Assembly (NCBI GenBank): GCA_963805975.1
Contig: CAWDVR010000002.1
Span: 768,001-832,000 of the forward strand
Direction: 5' to 3'
DNA length: 64,000 nucleotides
Source: an uncultured Acidobacteriota bacterium
Lineage (GTDB): Bacteria; Acidobacteriota; Thermoanaerobaculia; Multivoradales; SZUA-115
Positions 1 to 13,449 of the stretch are shown here, piece after piece (position 1 is the stretch's first letter; the number at the start of each line of letters is the position of its first letter). Position numbers and translations under genes: made by a program. The notes beneath the pieces are model-generated. The model was given only the letters and a program-made list of their open reading frames with translations. It was not told the DNA's origin and did no database searches.

Positions 1-1
1 T

Positions 2-82
2 ACCGAGATCTACACCGTCGACAGCGATCTGCTGCGCTACCAGGCAGCCGGCGTCGAAGTTGTCGGCCTTCGGCGACCCTGA
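2..82 (+). CDS. 3' end of a gene entering the window, possibly a PIN-domain (VapC-like) protein
   Basis: Frame 2 reads TEIYTVDSDLLRYQAAGVEVVGLRRP* (TGA 80-82). It resembles the PIN C-terminal 'IxTxDxD' motif, but the fragment is short. Confidence 0.35.
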   Translation, partial: TEIYTVDSDLLRYQAAGVEVVGLRRP

Positions 83-83
83 G

Positions 84-527
84 CTACTCCACCTCCGCCT
101 GCTCCACCTGCCACTCGCCTTTCAGCTTCTGGCGGGTGACGGTGAGCTCGCACTGCCAGTCGCCGGCGCCGCGGCCGGCGGCGAGGGTGCCGCGGAGGAA
201 GCCTTCGAAGGCCACCGGCAGGGCTCCGGCACGGCTCGCCCCCTCGAAGGTGGCGTAGAAGTGGTCGCCGTGGATCGTGCCTTCCATCTCGGCGCGGAAG
301 GGCTGGTTCTCCCGGGTGGCCCCGGCCATCGAGCCCGAGAGCCGGGTACCCCGGGCGTTGATGCGGAACTCGACGGTACCGTGCACGCTGCCCTCGAAGG
401 TCCCCTTCCAGACGCCGCGGTTGGGCGACCGGCAGCCCCAGGCCAGGCCCATACAGAGGAGCAGGGCCGCGACCGCCCAGGAGCGCCTCCGACTCGCCGG
501 GCCGTCCGCACCGGCTCGATCGCGCAT
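84..527 (-). CDS. Hypothetical lipoprotein
   Basis: Hydrophobic N-terminus ending in lipobox-like LAWGC, then repeated beta-strand G-x-F/M-E-G motifs. Start codon uncertain. Confidence 0.6.
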   Translation of the reverse strand: MRDRAGADGPASRRRSWAVAALLLCMGLAWGCRSPNRGVWKGTFEGSVHGTVEFRINARGTRLSGSMAGATRENQPFRAEMEGTIHGDHFYATFEGASRAGALPVAFEGFLRGTLAAGRGAGDWQCELTVTRQKLKGEWQVEQAEVE

Positions 528-673
528 TCCGTAAATCCCTTCCATTGTGAGCGCCGGAAGCACCTCGAAGCCGAGGTCGTTTAGAATCCCGGCTTCAAGC
601 CTACCCGGTTCCATCGCCCACGCGGTGCTTGCGAACCAACCCGGCCCGCAATCCAGCAGCCAAGGAGGGAGAG

Positions 674-1909
674 ATGAGGATCGTCGTGTTTGGGGGATCC
701 GGCCGCATTGGCCGCGCCGTCGCCTGGGATCTTGCGCACGACCCGGCGATCACCGAGGTCGGCCTGGTCGGCCTCTTCGCCCGCGATCTCGAGGCCACCC
801 GCGACTGGATCGGCACCGGCAACCTGAGCCTCCACGCGGTGAGCGTGGACGACCGCCCTGCCATGCTGCGCCTGATGCAGGGCTTCGACGCCGGGGTGCT
901 CACCCTGCCGGACCGCCACACCAGCTACAAGCTCGCCGAGACCGCCATCGTCGCCCGGCTGCCGATCGTCGACATTCTCGAGGAGTATCACCGCCGCCCC
1001 GACCGCTACGAGACCGAAGGTCTGGAGCTGCCGCCCGGCGTGCGCTTCGACGAGTACGGCGAGTGGCTGCACGAGGAGGCGGTGAAGCACGACGTGACCT
1101 TCCTCGACGGCATGGGCCTCGCTCCCGGCCTGACCAACGTCACCGTCGGGGCGGCGATCCGCCAGCTCGACCGCGCCGAGTCCGCCGTGGCGCGCGTGGG
1201 GGGCATCCCCACCAAGGCGGCGGCGGCCAACCATCCGCTCTCCTACATGATCACCTGGGCCTTCGAGCACGTGCTGCGCGAGTACGTGATCCGCGTCAAC
1301 GTGCTCCAAGACGGCGAGGTGGTGGAGGTGGAGGCCGGGGCCGAGCGCGAGACCTTCCATTTCGGCGAGCTGGGACGGGACGAGCAGCTCGAGTGCGCCA
1401 TCACTCCCGGCATGCCGAGCTTCCTGTTCACGCGGCCCGAGCTGCGGTCGTTCGCCGAGAAGACCGTGCGCTGGCCCGGCCATTGGCAGGGCATCGAGAC
1501 CTTGAAACAGTGCGGCCTGCTCGACCTCGAGCCGGTGGCCTTCGAAGGCGCCGCGATCGTCCCCCGCCGCTTCCTCTCCACCCTCCTGACACCCCGCCTG
1601 CAGCCGGGTCCCGGCGAGTCCGATACCTGCGTGATGTACAACACCACGCTGGGAGAGAAGGACGGCCGGCGGGTGAAGATCGAGCACTTCATGTGGGAGG
1701 AAGGCGACCCCGCGCGCGGCCTCTCGGCCATGATGCGCACCACCGCTTTCCCGGCCGCCGTCGCCGCGCGCTTCCTCGCGGCGGGAAAGATCGAGGCCCG
1801 CGGGATCGTCGCCCCCGAGGACGGCATCATCGGGGCGCTCTACACCGAGTTCCTGGCCGAGCTCGAGCAGCGGGAGATCAGCATCCGCGAGGTGACGACC
1901 GAGCTGTAG
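674..1909 (+). CDS. Saccharopine dehydrogenase / lysine 6-dehydrogenase family oxidoreductase
   Basis: Rossmann GGSGRIG, GMGLAPGLTN and C-terminal SAMMRTT motifs; RBS AAGGAGG upstream. Confidence 0.85.
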   Translation: MRIVVFGGSGRIGRAVAWDLAHDPAITEVGLVGLFARDLEATRDWIGTGNLSLHAVSVDDRPAMLRLMQGFDAGVLTLPDRHTSYKLAETAIVARLPIVDILEEYHRRPDRYETEGLELPPGVRFDEYGEWLHEEAVKHDVTFLDGMGLAPGLTNVTVGAAIRQLDRAESAVARVGGIPTKAAAANHPLSYMITWAFEHVLREYVIRVNVLQDGEVVEVEAGAERETFHFGELGRDEQLECAITPGMPSFLFTRPELRSFAEKTVRWPGHWQGIETLKQCGLLDLEPVAFEGAAIVPRRFLSTLLTPRLQPGPGESDTCVMYNTTLGEKDGRRVKIEHFMWEEGDPARGLSAMMRTTAFPAAVAARFLAAGKIEARGIVAPEDGIIGALYTEFLAELEQREISIREVTTEL

Positions 1910-1921
1910 GGTGGTGCGGCG

Positions 1922-2482
1922 CTAGTTCTGCCGCTGCAAGGCCAGCTTCACGGGCGCCTTCGCCGGCTTGCCGTCGATGAAGAAGAGCCACTCCGCCTCG
2001 ACCTTGCCCTCGGCCTGGAAGCGCAGGGCGCCCTGGTGCAGGTGCGGCGCGTAGGTCGAGCCCAGGTTGGTGCCACCATCGAAGGTGAAACGCAGGTCGT
2101 CCGGCGTCGAGGCCGCGGTGTCGAGCCGCAGCCGAGGCTGGTTGCCGGTGGTGCAGTAGTGGGTGAGCACGAGACGGTCCTCGTCGAGGTAGTAGACGGA
2201 GACCATCTCCTGATCGGCGCCGGCATACTGGCGCTCGATCACCGCCCGGCCTGCGGCGGTGATCTCGTAGCGGACCTCCGCTCCCGGCCCCTTGCCGTCG
2301 CCCGGCGCCTTCCAGATACCTGCCAGGCCCTTGATGCGCTCGAAGGCGGCTTCGCCGTCGACCGGCGCAGGCGCCTGGGCGACGGCGAGAACGGGAGCCA
2401 ACGCCAGCAGAGCCAGTGTCACCAGAGTCCGCGCCGGTGCAACCATCCGGAACCGCGAGTCGATCGTCCGCCGCTCGTTCAT
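1922..2482 (-). CDS. Hypothetical exported protein
   Basis: Signal peptide (LALLALAPVLAVAQ) and EMVSVY...LTHYC..GNQPRL segment. Start could also be 2446. Confidence 0.65.
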   Translation of the reverse strand: MNERRTIDSRFRMVAPARTLVTLALLALAPVLAVAQAPAPVDGEAAFERIKGLAGIWKAPGDGKGPGAEVRYEITAAGRAVIERQYAGADQEMVSVYYLDEDRLVLTHYCTTGNQPRLRLDTAASTPDDLRFTFDGGTNLGSTYAPHLHQGALRFQAEGKVEAEWLFFIDGKPAKAPVKLALQRQN

Positions 2483-2531
2483 GGCCTTCCTCGCACTGAA
2501 AAGAGGCTCGCTCCCGTCATGCGAGCTCCCA

Positions 2532-2909
2532 TCATGCGAGCTCAGAGCGAACCGGGGCCGAACCGTACCTTTGCGTAGCATAGCCCAAGATCAATCCGAC
2601 GATCGATCCAGGCAGCATGATCTCCAGCCAGTAGGGCGGCTGCCCGGCCTGGAGGTTGATGAAGCAGACCAGGAAGGCCAGGAAGAGGCCCACCACGGCG
2701 CCGAAGACCAGCCCCTTGGGCAGCGACCTCACTTTGCGCGCGAAGTAGCCCGCGAGAAGGCCCACCAGCAACCCCTTGATGGTGGAACCGATGACGATGC
2801 CAACGATGCCCTGCTTGATCTCCGGCGTCGGCGCGGACACCAGGGCGGACAGCCCGTCGAAGGCTCCGAGCAATGCACCCAACAACACTCCCAGCAGCGG
2901 CTTGTTCAT
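2532..2909 (-). CDS. Small integral membrane protein (about 4 TM helices)
   Basis: Gly-rich hydrophobic segments; GGAGA RBS upstream. Confidence 0.7.
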   Translation of the reverse strand: MNKPLLGVLLGALLGAFDGLSALVSAPTPEIKQGIVGIVIGSTIKGLLVGLLAGYFARKVRSLPKGLVFGAVVGLFLAFLVCFINLQAGQPPYWLEIMLPGSIVGLILGYATQRYGSAPVRSELA

Positions 2910-2973
2910 CTCTTGTCTCCCCTTTCAGAAGCGCTATTACCCGTGATCGGGTCGTCCTTTGAGCCCCCGCCCA

Positions 2974-3987
2974 TCACAGCCCGCGCCACCAGAGGAGCGC
3001 GGTGCGCATCGCCAGATAGGCGAGGATGAGCAGGATCGGCACCCGGTGCTTGCGGACGAAGCGGGCAAGCCGTTCGGCCGGCCGCTCGCGGTAGGCATCG
3101 ATAGCCAGGCCGGCCAGATACTGGGAGACGTCTGCCGCCAGCTCCGGCGCCCCCGGATAGCGAGCGGCAGGGTCGGCTGCCAGGGCCTTGGAGCAGATGG
3201 CGGCCAGCGGCCGCGGCACCTCGGGAGGCAGCGGGTGACCCTGCTGCTCGCCGCCCGGCACTGGCGCCCGGCCGGTGAGCAGGAAGTAGAGCACCGCCCC
3301 CAAGGAGTAGACGTCGGTCCGCTCGTCGGTCCACTCCGTCTCCCCTCGCGCCTGCTCGGGTGCCATGTAGCCGGGGGTGCCCAGCACCGTGCCGCTCTGG
3401 GTGCCGGCACCGTTCGCCGGGATCGGGTCCGGTGACTCTCGATCCCGCGGCTCACGGGCTCCCCTCTCCTTGGCCACCCCCCAGTCCATCACCAGCACCT
3501 CGCCGAACGGCCCTACCATGACGTTCTCCGGCTTGAGGTCACGGTGGATCACGCCGTGGGCGTGCGCAAAGGCGACGGCCTCGCAGAGGCGCTCGAAGAC
3601 GACGAGCAGCGCCGCGAGGGGTCTCCCCGAGCGCGCCACCTCGTCGAGGCGCTTGCCCGCGATCAGCCGCATGGCGTAGAACCGGCGGCCGTCCGGCAGC
3701 TCGCCGGCCGCGTAGACCGGCACGATTCCGGGGTGCTCCAGGCGGGCGATGATCCTCGCCTCCCGCATCATCCGCTCCGCCGCCTCGCGGCCGGGATGCG
3801 ACAGCACCTTGAGCGCCACCTCGCGGTCAAGCTCGCGGTCGTGAGCGCGGTAGACCGTGCCCATGCCGCCCTGGCCGATGGGCTCGAGGAGGCGGAAGCG
3901 ATCGAGCTCCGGGGCCGGGACCCCCGCCGGAGGCTCGGCGGCGAGCGCGCGCAGGTGATCGACCGCGGCGTCGGAGAGCGCTCTCAT
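2974..3987 (-). CDS. Hanks-type Ser/Thr protein kinase with C-terminal TM helix
   Basis: [34 protein letters not shown] and DVYSLG motifs. Confidence 0.95.
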   Translation of the reverse strand: MRALSDAAVDHLRALAAEPPAGVPAPELDRFRLLEPIGQGGMGTVYRAHDRELDREVALKVLSHPGREAAERMMREARIIARLEHPGIVPVYAAGELPDGRRFYAMRLIAGKRLDEVARSGRPLAALLVVFERLCEAVAFAHAHGVIHRDLKPENVMVGPFGEVLVMDWGVAKERGAREPRDRESPDPIPANGAGTQSGTVLGTPGYMAPEQARGETEWTDERTDVYSLGAVLYFLLTGRAPVPGGEQQGHPLPPEVPRPLAAICSKALAADPAARYPGAPELAADVSQYLAGLAIDAYRERPAERLARFVRKHRVPILLILAYLAMRTALLWWRGL

Positions 3988-3994
3988 CGCGGCG

Positions 3995-4741
3995 TCAGGG
4001 CAGCTCGATGCCCAGGACCTGCCGCGCCTCGGCGCGGAGCTCCTGCTCGCTCGCCGTGCCGGCCCGCAGGCGCTCGAGGGCGAGGCGGCGGAACTCCCGG
4101 CGCACCCAGTACAGGTAGTTGGTCACCTGCGTGACGGGCAGATCGAGCTCCGCGCCGAGCTCGCCGTAGGTGGGGCGTCGCTCCTGGTCCTCGAGGTCGT
4201 AGCGCTCGAAGAGCCGGAAGTGGGCGCCCTTGCCCAGCTCCTGGCAGCGGCGGGAGAGGGCCTCGACCGTCGCCTCGAAGAAGCTCCGCGTCCACTCGCG
4301 CTGGAAGTACTCCTCGACGTCGAGGACCTCCGGCATGCCGCTCGCGGCCAGCTCCCCCTCGACGAACGCGAAGTCGAAAGGCACGACCTTCAGATCGCCG
4401 CCCCGCTTGGCGCGGCCGGCGGCGCGACGCTGGTTGGCAACGAAGCGGTCGACGCAGGTGCGCAGGTAGGTGCGGAAGCGGGCGACCTCCGGGTCGTAGC
4501 GGTCGAAGAACTGCTTTTCGAGCGCCCGGGTGAAGAACTCCTGGGTCAGATCCTCCGCTTCCTCCTTGGCCGCGCGCCAGCGCACCCGGAGATACTTGTA
4601 GACCGGCTTCCAGTAGCCCTCGGCCAGCGTGCCGAAGGCGCGACCGCGCTCGGCCTCGTCGGCGCTCGCCACGGCTTGCAAGAGGGAGTGCCGGGTGAGA
4701 GGGAAGGCTCCCGCGGGTGGTGCGGTGGGGGATCGATCCAT
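3995..4741 (-). CDS. ECF-type RNA polymerase sigma factor (kinase-associated type)
   Basis: [10 protein letters not shown]-terminal motif, [15 protein letters not shown] and region-4 HTH; directly upstream of the kinase. Confidence 0.85.
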   Translation of the reverse strand: MDRSPTAPPAGAFPLTRHSLLQAVASADEAERGRAFGTLAEGYWKPVYKYLRVRWRAAKEEAEDLTQEFFTRALEKQFFDRYDPEVARFRTYLRTCVDRFVANQRRAAGRAKRGGDLKVVPFDFAFVEGELAASGMPEVLDVEEYFQREWTRSFFEATVEALSRRCQELGKGAHFRLFERYDLEDQERRPTYGELGAELDLPVTQVTNYLYWVRREFRRLALERLRAGTASEQELRAEARQVLGIELP

Positions 4742-4936
4742 GGCCTGACCGGCGTTTTCGCGAACCAGCAGTATAGCCAACGCCCTGGATTTGCCGGCCC
4801 GGGTCCGAGCTGCTATCCTCACCGTCCGCCGGGGCTTTCCTCCGGCAGGTTCATCCCCCCGCAGCGCTCCCTGTTCCGCGAAGAGACTGGAGCACACCGG
4901 CCGCAAGCCCGCCGGTCGAGGGATCTGGAGATCACC

Positions 4937-6778
<1,842 letters not shown>

Positions 6779-6783
6779 GCCCG

Positions 6784-6812
6784 AAAGAAAAAGGGCGCCC
6801 AAGAGGGCGCCC
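6784..6812 (-). terminator. Intrinsic terminator
   Basis: GGGCGCCC-N4-GGGCGCCC hairpin followed by a U-tract on the minus strand, between convergent genes. Confidence 0.7.
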
Positions 6813-6870
6813 GGGATCCGCCGGCTGCACCGGCGGTGCAGCACGAGCGGCTCTACTGCCGGTCGAGCAC

Positions 6871-7242
6871 CTAGCTCAGCACCTCGACGCGCGTCGCCTT
6901 CATCGTGAAGCCGTCGATGGTGAAGCTGACCGCGACCTTCTCGCCGACCTTGAGGTCGGTGATCCCGATCGGCTTGCCGTCTTCGCTGAAGGTGGCGGCG
7001 GGAGCCAGGGTGAAGCTCTGTACCTTGTCATCAGTCTTGACGGAAAGCGTCTTGGCGTCGGGATCGACCGCCGTCAGCTCACCGACGACCTTCTTGGCGT
7101 CGGCCTTGGCGCCATCATTGGCCGCGACACTCATGCTGGCCGGAGCCGAGGCCTCGTCGGCCGTTGCAGAAGCCACCGCCAAGCCCGAGAGAGCGAGCAC
7201 CGAGAGCGACAGGGCCGCGGTGACAGAAGCGACTTTCTTCAT
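6871..7242 (-). CDS. Small exported OB-fold-like protein (DUF5666/CusF-like)
   Basis: Signal peptide MKKVASV...ASATA, then 'GELTAVD...DLKVGEKVAVSF...KATRVEV' pattern; RBS AAGGAG. Confidence 0.7.
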   Translation of the reverse strand: MKKVASVTAALSLSVLALSGLAVASATADEASAPASMSVAANDGAKADAKKVVGELTAVDPDAKTLSVKTDDKVQSFTLAPAATFSEDGKPIGITDLKVGEKVAVSFTIDGFTMKATRVEVLS

Positions 7243-7308
7243 GTAGTTCTCCTTGTTGTCATCCGTTGCTGGGGCCGGGCCGTCCCGGCCTTCTGGAGAC
7301 CTACCTAG

Positions 7309-7324
7309 AGCACGGCCCGTGCCA
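7309..7324 (-). promoter_or_regulatory. Sigma54 (-24/-12) promoter
   Basis: Minus strand TGGCACGGGCCGTGCT with GG-N10-GC spacing, upstream of the 7242 start. Confidence 0.65.
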
Positions 7325-7458
7325 GAACCCTGCTTTCTGGCCTTAATGCCTGCCAGTAAAGGCTTTGCACCCATCGCTCGATCGTCGAGTCGCTGCTGGG
7401 CGGCGTGCCGGAGGCGTGCCATCGGGGCATCCTTCCCGGCCACCCAGGTTAGAAGCTG

Positions 7459-7489
7459 AAAAAAGGCCCTGCCTCACAGCAGGGCCTTT
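7459..7489 (-). terminator. Intrinsic terminator of the TonB-dependent receptor gene
   Basis: GGCCCTGC/GCAGGGCC stem followed by U6 on the minus strand. Confidence 0.8.
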
Positions 7490-7511
7490 GCGCTTCGATG
7501 AGAGGGCCGGT

Positions 7512-10478
7512 CTAGAAGCGGATGCCGACCGAGACGCGGAAGGTGCGTGGCTTTTGGAAAGCATCCGGGCTGATGGCCTGGCCGAACTGCGGCCCCTTGG
7601 CCCAGTGCACGCCCTCCACCGGGGTCTCGGTGAACGGGTTGAACGGCTGGCAGCGGGCGCCGCCGCACGAGGTGGCGGTGGTGTTGACCGCGGTGAAGAT
7701 GAGGGTGTTGAAGAAGTTCACGTCGGTCGAGGCGATCTCCTGCTCGTTGAACACGTTCAGCACCTCGGGCTGGACGAAGATCTCGAGGTCCCGGCCGAAG
7801 GCTCCCCACTTGAACGAGTAGCTGAGCGCGACGTCCGTGGCGAGGACGTCCGAGGTCTTGAAGGCACCGCGCTCCGAGAAGAAATACGCCACCGAGGTCG
7901 GAGGCTGCACGTAGCCGGGGTTGACGATGCCGTTCGGGTTGGTTGCGGAACGGCGAGTGTCGACGTTGCCCGCCGCCGAGTAGGGCCGGCCCGAGAAGTA
8001 GCTCTGCAACAGCGCCGCGTTCAGGCGGTGCCGCTGGTTGTTGATGATGTCGTAGCGCCCCCACAGCCGCAGGCGGTGCCGCTGGTCGCTCGAGAGGTCG
8101 CCCTTCGGGGCGTTCCAGGAGACGTCGCGGTACTCGGGGTAGTTGAGAATGGCGGAGCGTACCGGGCCGCTGGCGCGGGTCTCGCCGTCGAAGTTGCCCT
8201 GGGTGTGAGACCAGGTGTAGTTACCGCCGAGGTTCAGCCGGTCGTAGAGCCGGTAGGTGGCGGCGACGTGCACGCCGTCGTAGGTGCGCTCGAGCAGCGA
8301 GCTATCGTTCTCGATGATCGACAGGTCGGCAAACGCGCCGGTGGGCGTCCGCACACGGCCCGTCGAGAGGTCCCGGCGGTCGGCGTAGAAGTCCTCGCTC
8401 TCGCGGCGCACGTAGTCGACTCGCGCCAGGCCCCGGCTGCCCAGCCGCTTGGCGGCGCCCACGGTGTACTCGAGGGTGCTCGGCGAGGCCAGGCTATCGC
8501 GGATGAGCGTGGTGCCACCGGGGATGGAGATCGCGCGGGTGGGATCCGAGTCCGTGCCGCCGATCGTGTCGAACCACTCGAAGACCCGCCGGACCGCCTC
8601 TTCGGTGGGCACCAGCGGCCCGGTCGCGTTGATCGCCGGGCCCTCGTAGAACCACTGCAGGGTGGCCGGCGCGCCGGCCGCCGAGCTGGCGTCCGCCTGG
8701 TTGTTGGCCACCGCCGTCACGTACTCGGCGTACGAGGCATTGATCAGCCAGTCGCCGTCGCCCTTGGGATCGAAAGTGAGGCCGACGCGCGGCGAGAGCT
8801 TGGCATCGTCGATCACCTTGACGCCCTGGGCGTTCTTACCGTCGTTGACGTCGTAGCGGGCACCGATGTTGAAGCTCCAGTTGTTGTTGAGCCGCCAGCC
8901 GTCGTTGACGAAGTACGAGTTGGTCACGAAGTCCGTGCCGCTGGTGGTGATCAGGATCGGGTTCCACTGGATGGTGGTGAAGTTGCCGGCGCGGCCCGGG
9001 AGGATCACCGGGAAGACCTCGCCGCCCTGGATGATCCTGCCGGAGAGCAGGAGGCGGAAGTCGCTGCCCGACTGGTGGTTGTCGGCGGCCCGGATGTCGT
9101 TGAAGTGGTCGTAGCCGAACACCAGGTCGTGCGAGCCGAGCTTGTCGCCCGACAGGAACCAGGAGCCCTTGACCAGGTAGTTCTCGTTGTTGCGCTCCTC
9201 GTCCGGATCGCAGGCGCCGCAGAAGGTGGGGCTGTTGAAGCGGTTGCCGGTGCCCTGCGGATTGTCGACCAGGAGCGTGCCGCGGATGCGGTCGGTGAAC
9301 TGCGAGCCGGAGTCGACGAAGGTGAACTCGCGCTCCGAGTACTGGGCCTCGACGAAGAAGTTGCGGGTCAGGACGCCCGAGTAGTGGGCGGAGGCGAGGG
9401 TCTGCGGCAGCTCGCGGGCGTAGACGCTGGCGAGGTCGAGGACGCTGCCGAAGATCACGCCGCCGTCTTTCTCTTCGACGTCCATGTAGGAGCCCACCAG
9501 GCTGTGGCCCTCGGCCAGGCTGAAGGTCACTTTGCCCTCGAGGCGGGTCTCCGAGTCGTCGTTGGCGTAGGGAAGATTGGTGAGCACCGTCTGGGCGACG
9601 GCGCTGGTGTCGAGGTCGCGGCCGGCGAGGAAGAACCACAGCCGGTCGCGCCACAGGTAGCCGCCGAGGGTCGCCTCGTAGGTCTCGTTGATGGTGTCCG
9701 CCTGACTCACGGTGAGCGGCGTCTCGGCGCCCCAGTCCTCGTTGGTGAAGTTGGTGCGCAGCGAGCCTTCGAACTGGTTGCCGCCGGACTTGGTCAGCAC
9801 GTTGACCACGCCGCCGGCGAACCGGCCGTACTCGGCCGAGATGCCCGAAGTAGTGGTGGTGGTCTCCTGGATGGCGTCCTCGATGAAGAGGTCGTTGGGC
9901 TGGCCGCGCAGGTTCTCGTTGACCACCACGCCGTTGACCAGGAACAGGCTCTCGTAGGACTGCGCGCCCGAGATCACGATGCCGTCGGCCGGGCCGCCGG
10001 TCGAGACGCCAGGCGCCAGAGTGACGGCGCCGGCGATGTCGCGGTTGACCGGCAGCTCTTCCAGGAACACCTTCTCGTAGGTGGTCGAGGCCTGGGGCGT
10101 CTGCGAGATGGTCTCGTAGGCGCCGGTGACCATCACCTCTTCGCTGACGCCCTCGAGCGACATCGCCATGTCGAGCTGGCTCGACTGGGCGGCCGAGAGC
10201 TTGATCGTCTGCTCGGCGGTTTGGAAACCCGAGATCTCGAACTTGACGGTGTACTCGCCGGCCGGCATGAACGGGAAGATGTAATCGCCGTTGGCCGTGG
10301 TCTGGGTGACGCGGGCGCCCTGGAGGGTCTCCGAGGTGGCGGTCACCGTCACCCCCGGCAGCGGCTGGTCGTCCGCCAGCACCCGGCCCGAAAGGGTGCC
10401 GGTGGGGTTTTGTGCAAGGGCCGGCAAGGCCACGAACGCCCCCAGCACGAGCAGGGTCCGAAACAAGGTGGATCGCAT
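7512..10478 (-). CDS. TonB-dependent receptor, Oar-like, with N-terminal carboxypeptidase-regulatory domain
   Basis: Signal peptide, GTLSGRV..LPGVTVTA, plug SAEYGRFAGGVVNVLTKSGGN, C-terminal ...VSVGIRF. Confidence 0.93.
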   Translation of the reverse strand: MRSTLFRTLLVLGAFVALPALAQNPTGTLSGRVLADDQPLPGVTVTATSETLQGARVTQTTANGDYIFPFMPAGEYTVKFEISGFQTAEQTIKLSAAQSSQLDMAMSLEGVSEEVMVTGAYETISQTPQASTTYEKVFLEELPVNRDIAGAVTLAPGVSTGGPADGIVISGAQSYESLFLVNGVVVNENLRGQPNDLFIEDAIQETTTTTSGISAEYGRFAGGVVNVLTKSGGNQFEGSLRTNFTNEDWGAETPLTVSQADTINETYEATLGGYLWRDRLWFFLAGRDLDTSAVAQTVLTNLPYANDDSETRLEGKVTFSLAEGHSLVGSYMDVEEKDGGVIFGSVLDLASVYARELPQTLASAHYSGVLTRNFFVEAQYSEREFTFVDSGSQFTDRIRGTLLVDNPQGTGNRFNSPTFCGACDPDEERNNENYLVKGSWFLSGDKLGSHDLVFGYDHFNDIRAADNHQSGSDFRLLLSGRIIQGGEVFPVILPGRAGNFTTIQWNPILITTSGTDFVTNSYFVNDGWRLNNNWSFNIGARYDVNDGKNAQGVKVIDDAKLSPRVGLTFDPKGDGDWLINASYAEYVTAVANNQADASSAAGAPATLQWFYEGPAINATGPLVPTEEAVRRVFEWFDTIGGTDSDPTRAISIPGGTTLIRDSLASPSTLEYTVGAAKRLGSRGLARVDYVRRESEDFYADRRDLSTGRVRTPTGAFADLSIIENDSSLLERTYDGVHVAATYRLYDRLNLGGNYTWSHTQGNFDGETRASGPVRSAILNYPEYRDVSWNAPKGDLSSDQRHRLRLWGRYDIINNQRHRLNAALLQSYFSGRPYSAAGNVDTRRSATNPNGIVNPGYVQPPTSVAYFFSERGAFKTSDVLATDVALSYSFKWGAFGRDLEIFVQPEVLNVFNEQEIASTDVNFFNTLIFTAVNTTATSCGGARCQPFNPFTETPVEGVHWAKGPQFGQAISPDAFQKPRTFRVSVGIRF

Positions 10479-10698
10479 GGTTTTCTGCCTCCTTTTTCGT
10501 CGCCGCTCGGCGCGGCGGGATAGTTCTATTGCGAACGCGTTCTCTTCCGCGAAGGCACCGTGTCGCTGAGCAGGGGACGTCTGCAAGCCCTCCGCCACTG
10601 CCCAAGCTCAGTGCTATCAGGCAGTTAGAGCGCTCATAGCGGCGCCCGCTTCAACGAGTTGGATGTAGATGCAAGATGCTGAAGTGATTATAGCTTTG

Positions 10699-12030
10699 TC
10701 ACGAGGAAGTCACGGGGAGGCGGAGCGTCGCCTCGCAGCCCGGACCGGTCCTGCGGTTCGCCAGCACCAGGCTGCCGCCGTGCGCCTCGGCGATCTGCCG
10801 CGACAGCACCAGGCCGATGCCGCTGCCCGCCGGCTTGGTGGTGAAGAAGGGGACGAAGAGGTTCGAGGTCTGGGGCAGGCCGGGCCCCTCGTCCTCGATC
10901 GAGAGGACGAGGGCGGCTCCTTCGCGAACCCAGGAGATGAAGACGCCGCCACCGGTCTCGTTCGCGGCGTCCGCGGCGTTCCTCACCAGGTTGATGAGCA
11001 GTTGCTCGAGCTGGTCGGGGTCGGCGGAGAGCACCTGCTCCGGCCCCGGCTCGACCTCCACCGCGACCCTGGTCTCGAGCGTGGCGATCCGCCGCACCAG
11101 GGAGCCGATCGCCACCGGCCGGGCCTGTGGCGGCGGCAGCCTGGCCAGCCGGGAGTAAGCGCTCATGAAACGCGACAGCGCGTCCGAGCGTTGGGCGATG
11201 ACGGCGAGGCCGCCGGCCATGTCCTCACGCCAGTCGTCGGCCAGCACCGGCCGGCCGAGGAGCGCCGCCAGGGTGGCGGCCATGGACTTGATCGGCGCCA
11301 GGGAGTTGTTGAGCTCGTGCCCCAGCACCCGCAGCAGCCTCTTCCACGCCTGGCGCTCCTCCTCGCGCAGGGCCTGGGAGAGGTTGGCGATCACCAGCAG
11401 GTGGTGCGGCAGCCCGCCCTCGCGGAAGCCGCTCCTCCTCACTCCCCAGCGCCCCGAGCCGCCGGGGAAGGCGCGCTCCACGGTTCCCGCCACCTCGCCC
11501 TCCACCAGGTCGGCCAGGCCGAGCTCGGCGGCGGTCCGGCCCAGCAGCTCCTCGGGCGGCCGGGCCAGCAGGCGCTCGCCGGCCGGATTGACGAGCCGCA
11601 GCGCGAGGTCGCCGCCGAAGGTGAAGATGGCGACGTCGATCTCCTCGATGACCTTGCGCAGCAGCATGGTCGCCTCGACCGCGCCCAGGCGCTGCTCCAT
11701 CAGAGTGGCGGACAGCACGTTGATCTCCCGCATCACCTCGCCCAGCACGTCGTCCGCGGCGGCGCTCCGGGCGCGCAGCGAGAAGTCCCCCTCGCGCGAG
11801 GCCTGGAGCAGGTTGGCAATGGTCTGCAAGGGGTAGACGACGCGCTTGCGCAGCAGCGCCGCCAGCCCGAACCAGAGGCAGAGGATGAAGACCGAGAGCG
11901 TCCACTGCACCTTGGGCGCATGCTCGCCGAACCACAGGAGAGCGAGCGCCACGAACGACCCCGGCAGGCCGGCGGCCAGCGCCAGCAGCAGGATGCGCGT
12001 CTCGTAGCGCGGGGCAGGTAGGCGGGGCAC
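10699..12030 (-). CDS. Membrane sensor histidine kinase (NtrY-like, PAS)
   Basis: Two TM helices, H-box HELNNSL, INLVRNA, DEGPG, FFTTK, GSGIGL. Confidence 0.93.
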   Translation of the reverse strand: MPRLPAPRYETRILLLALAAGLPGSFVALALLWFGEHAPKVQWTLSVFILCLWFGLAALLRKRVVYPLQTIANLLQASREGDFSLRARSAAADDVLGEVMREINVLSATLMEQRLGAVEATMLLRKVIEEIDVAIFTFGGDLALRLVNPAGERLLARPPEELLGRTAAELGLADLVEGEVAGTVERAFPGGSGRWGVRRSGFREGGLPHHLLVIANLSQALREEERQAWKRLLRVLGHELNNSLAPIKSMAATLAALLGRPVLADDWREDMAGGLAVIAQRSDALSRFMSAYSRLARLPPPQARPVAIGSLVRRIATLETRVAVEVEPGPEQVLSADPDQLEQLLINLVRNAADAANETGGGVFISWVREGAALVLSIEDEGPGLPQTSNLFVPFFTTKPAGSGIGLVLSRQIAEAHGGSLVLANRRTGPGCEATLRLPVTSS

Positions 12031-12039
12031 GGCGGGAGC

Positions 12040-13398
<1,359 letters not shown>

Positions 13399-13412
13399 GG
13401 TGCTTGCGAAGA

Positions 13413-13428
13413 GGCAACCCGCGTGCCA
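13413..13428 (-). promoter_or_regulatory. Sigma54 promoter directly upstream of the response regulator
   Basis: Minus strand TGGCACGCGGGTTGCC matches the TGGCACG-N4-TTGC consensus. Confidence 0.75.
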
Positions 13429-13449
13429 GGGCGGGCGAGCGTGACGAGG

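Noticed and set aside
2511-2543. Short tandem duplication (TCATGCGAGCTC twice) at a gene end
   Set aside because: Only two copies, consistent with a slippage duplication. It is not a CRISPR or functional array.
7365-10523. Very long antisense or alternative-frame ORFs (e.g. 7365-10523, 42853-45999, 58544-62029)
   Set aside because: These are shadows of real high-GC genes. They carry no family motifs and are expected from codon bias.
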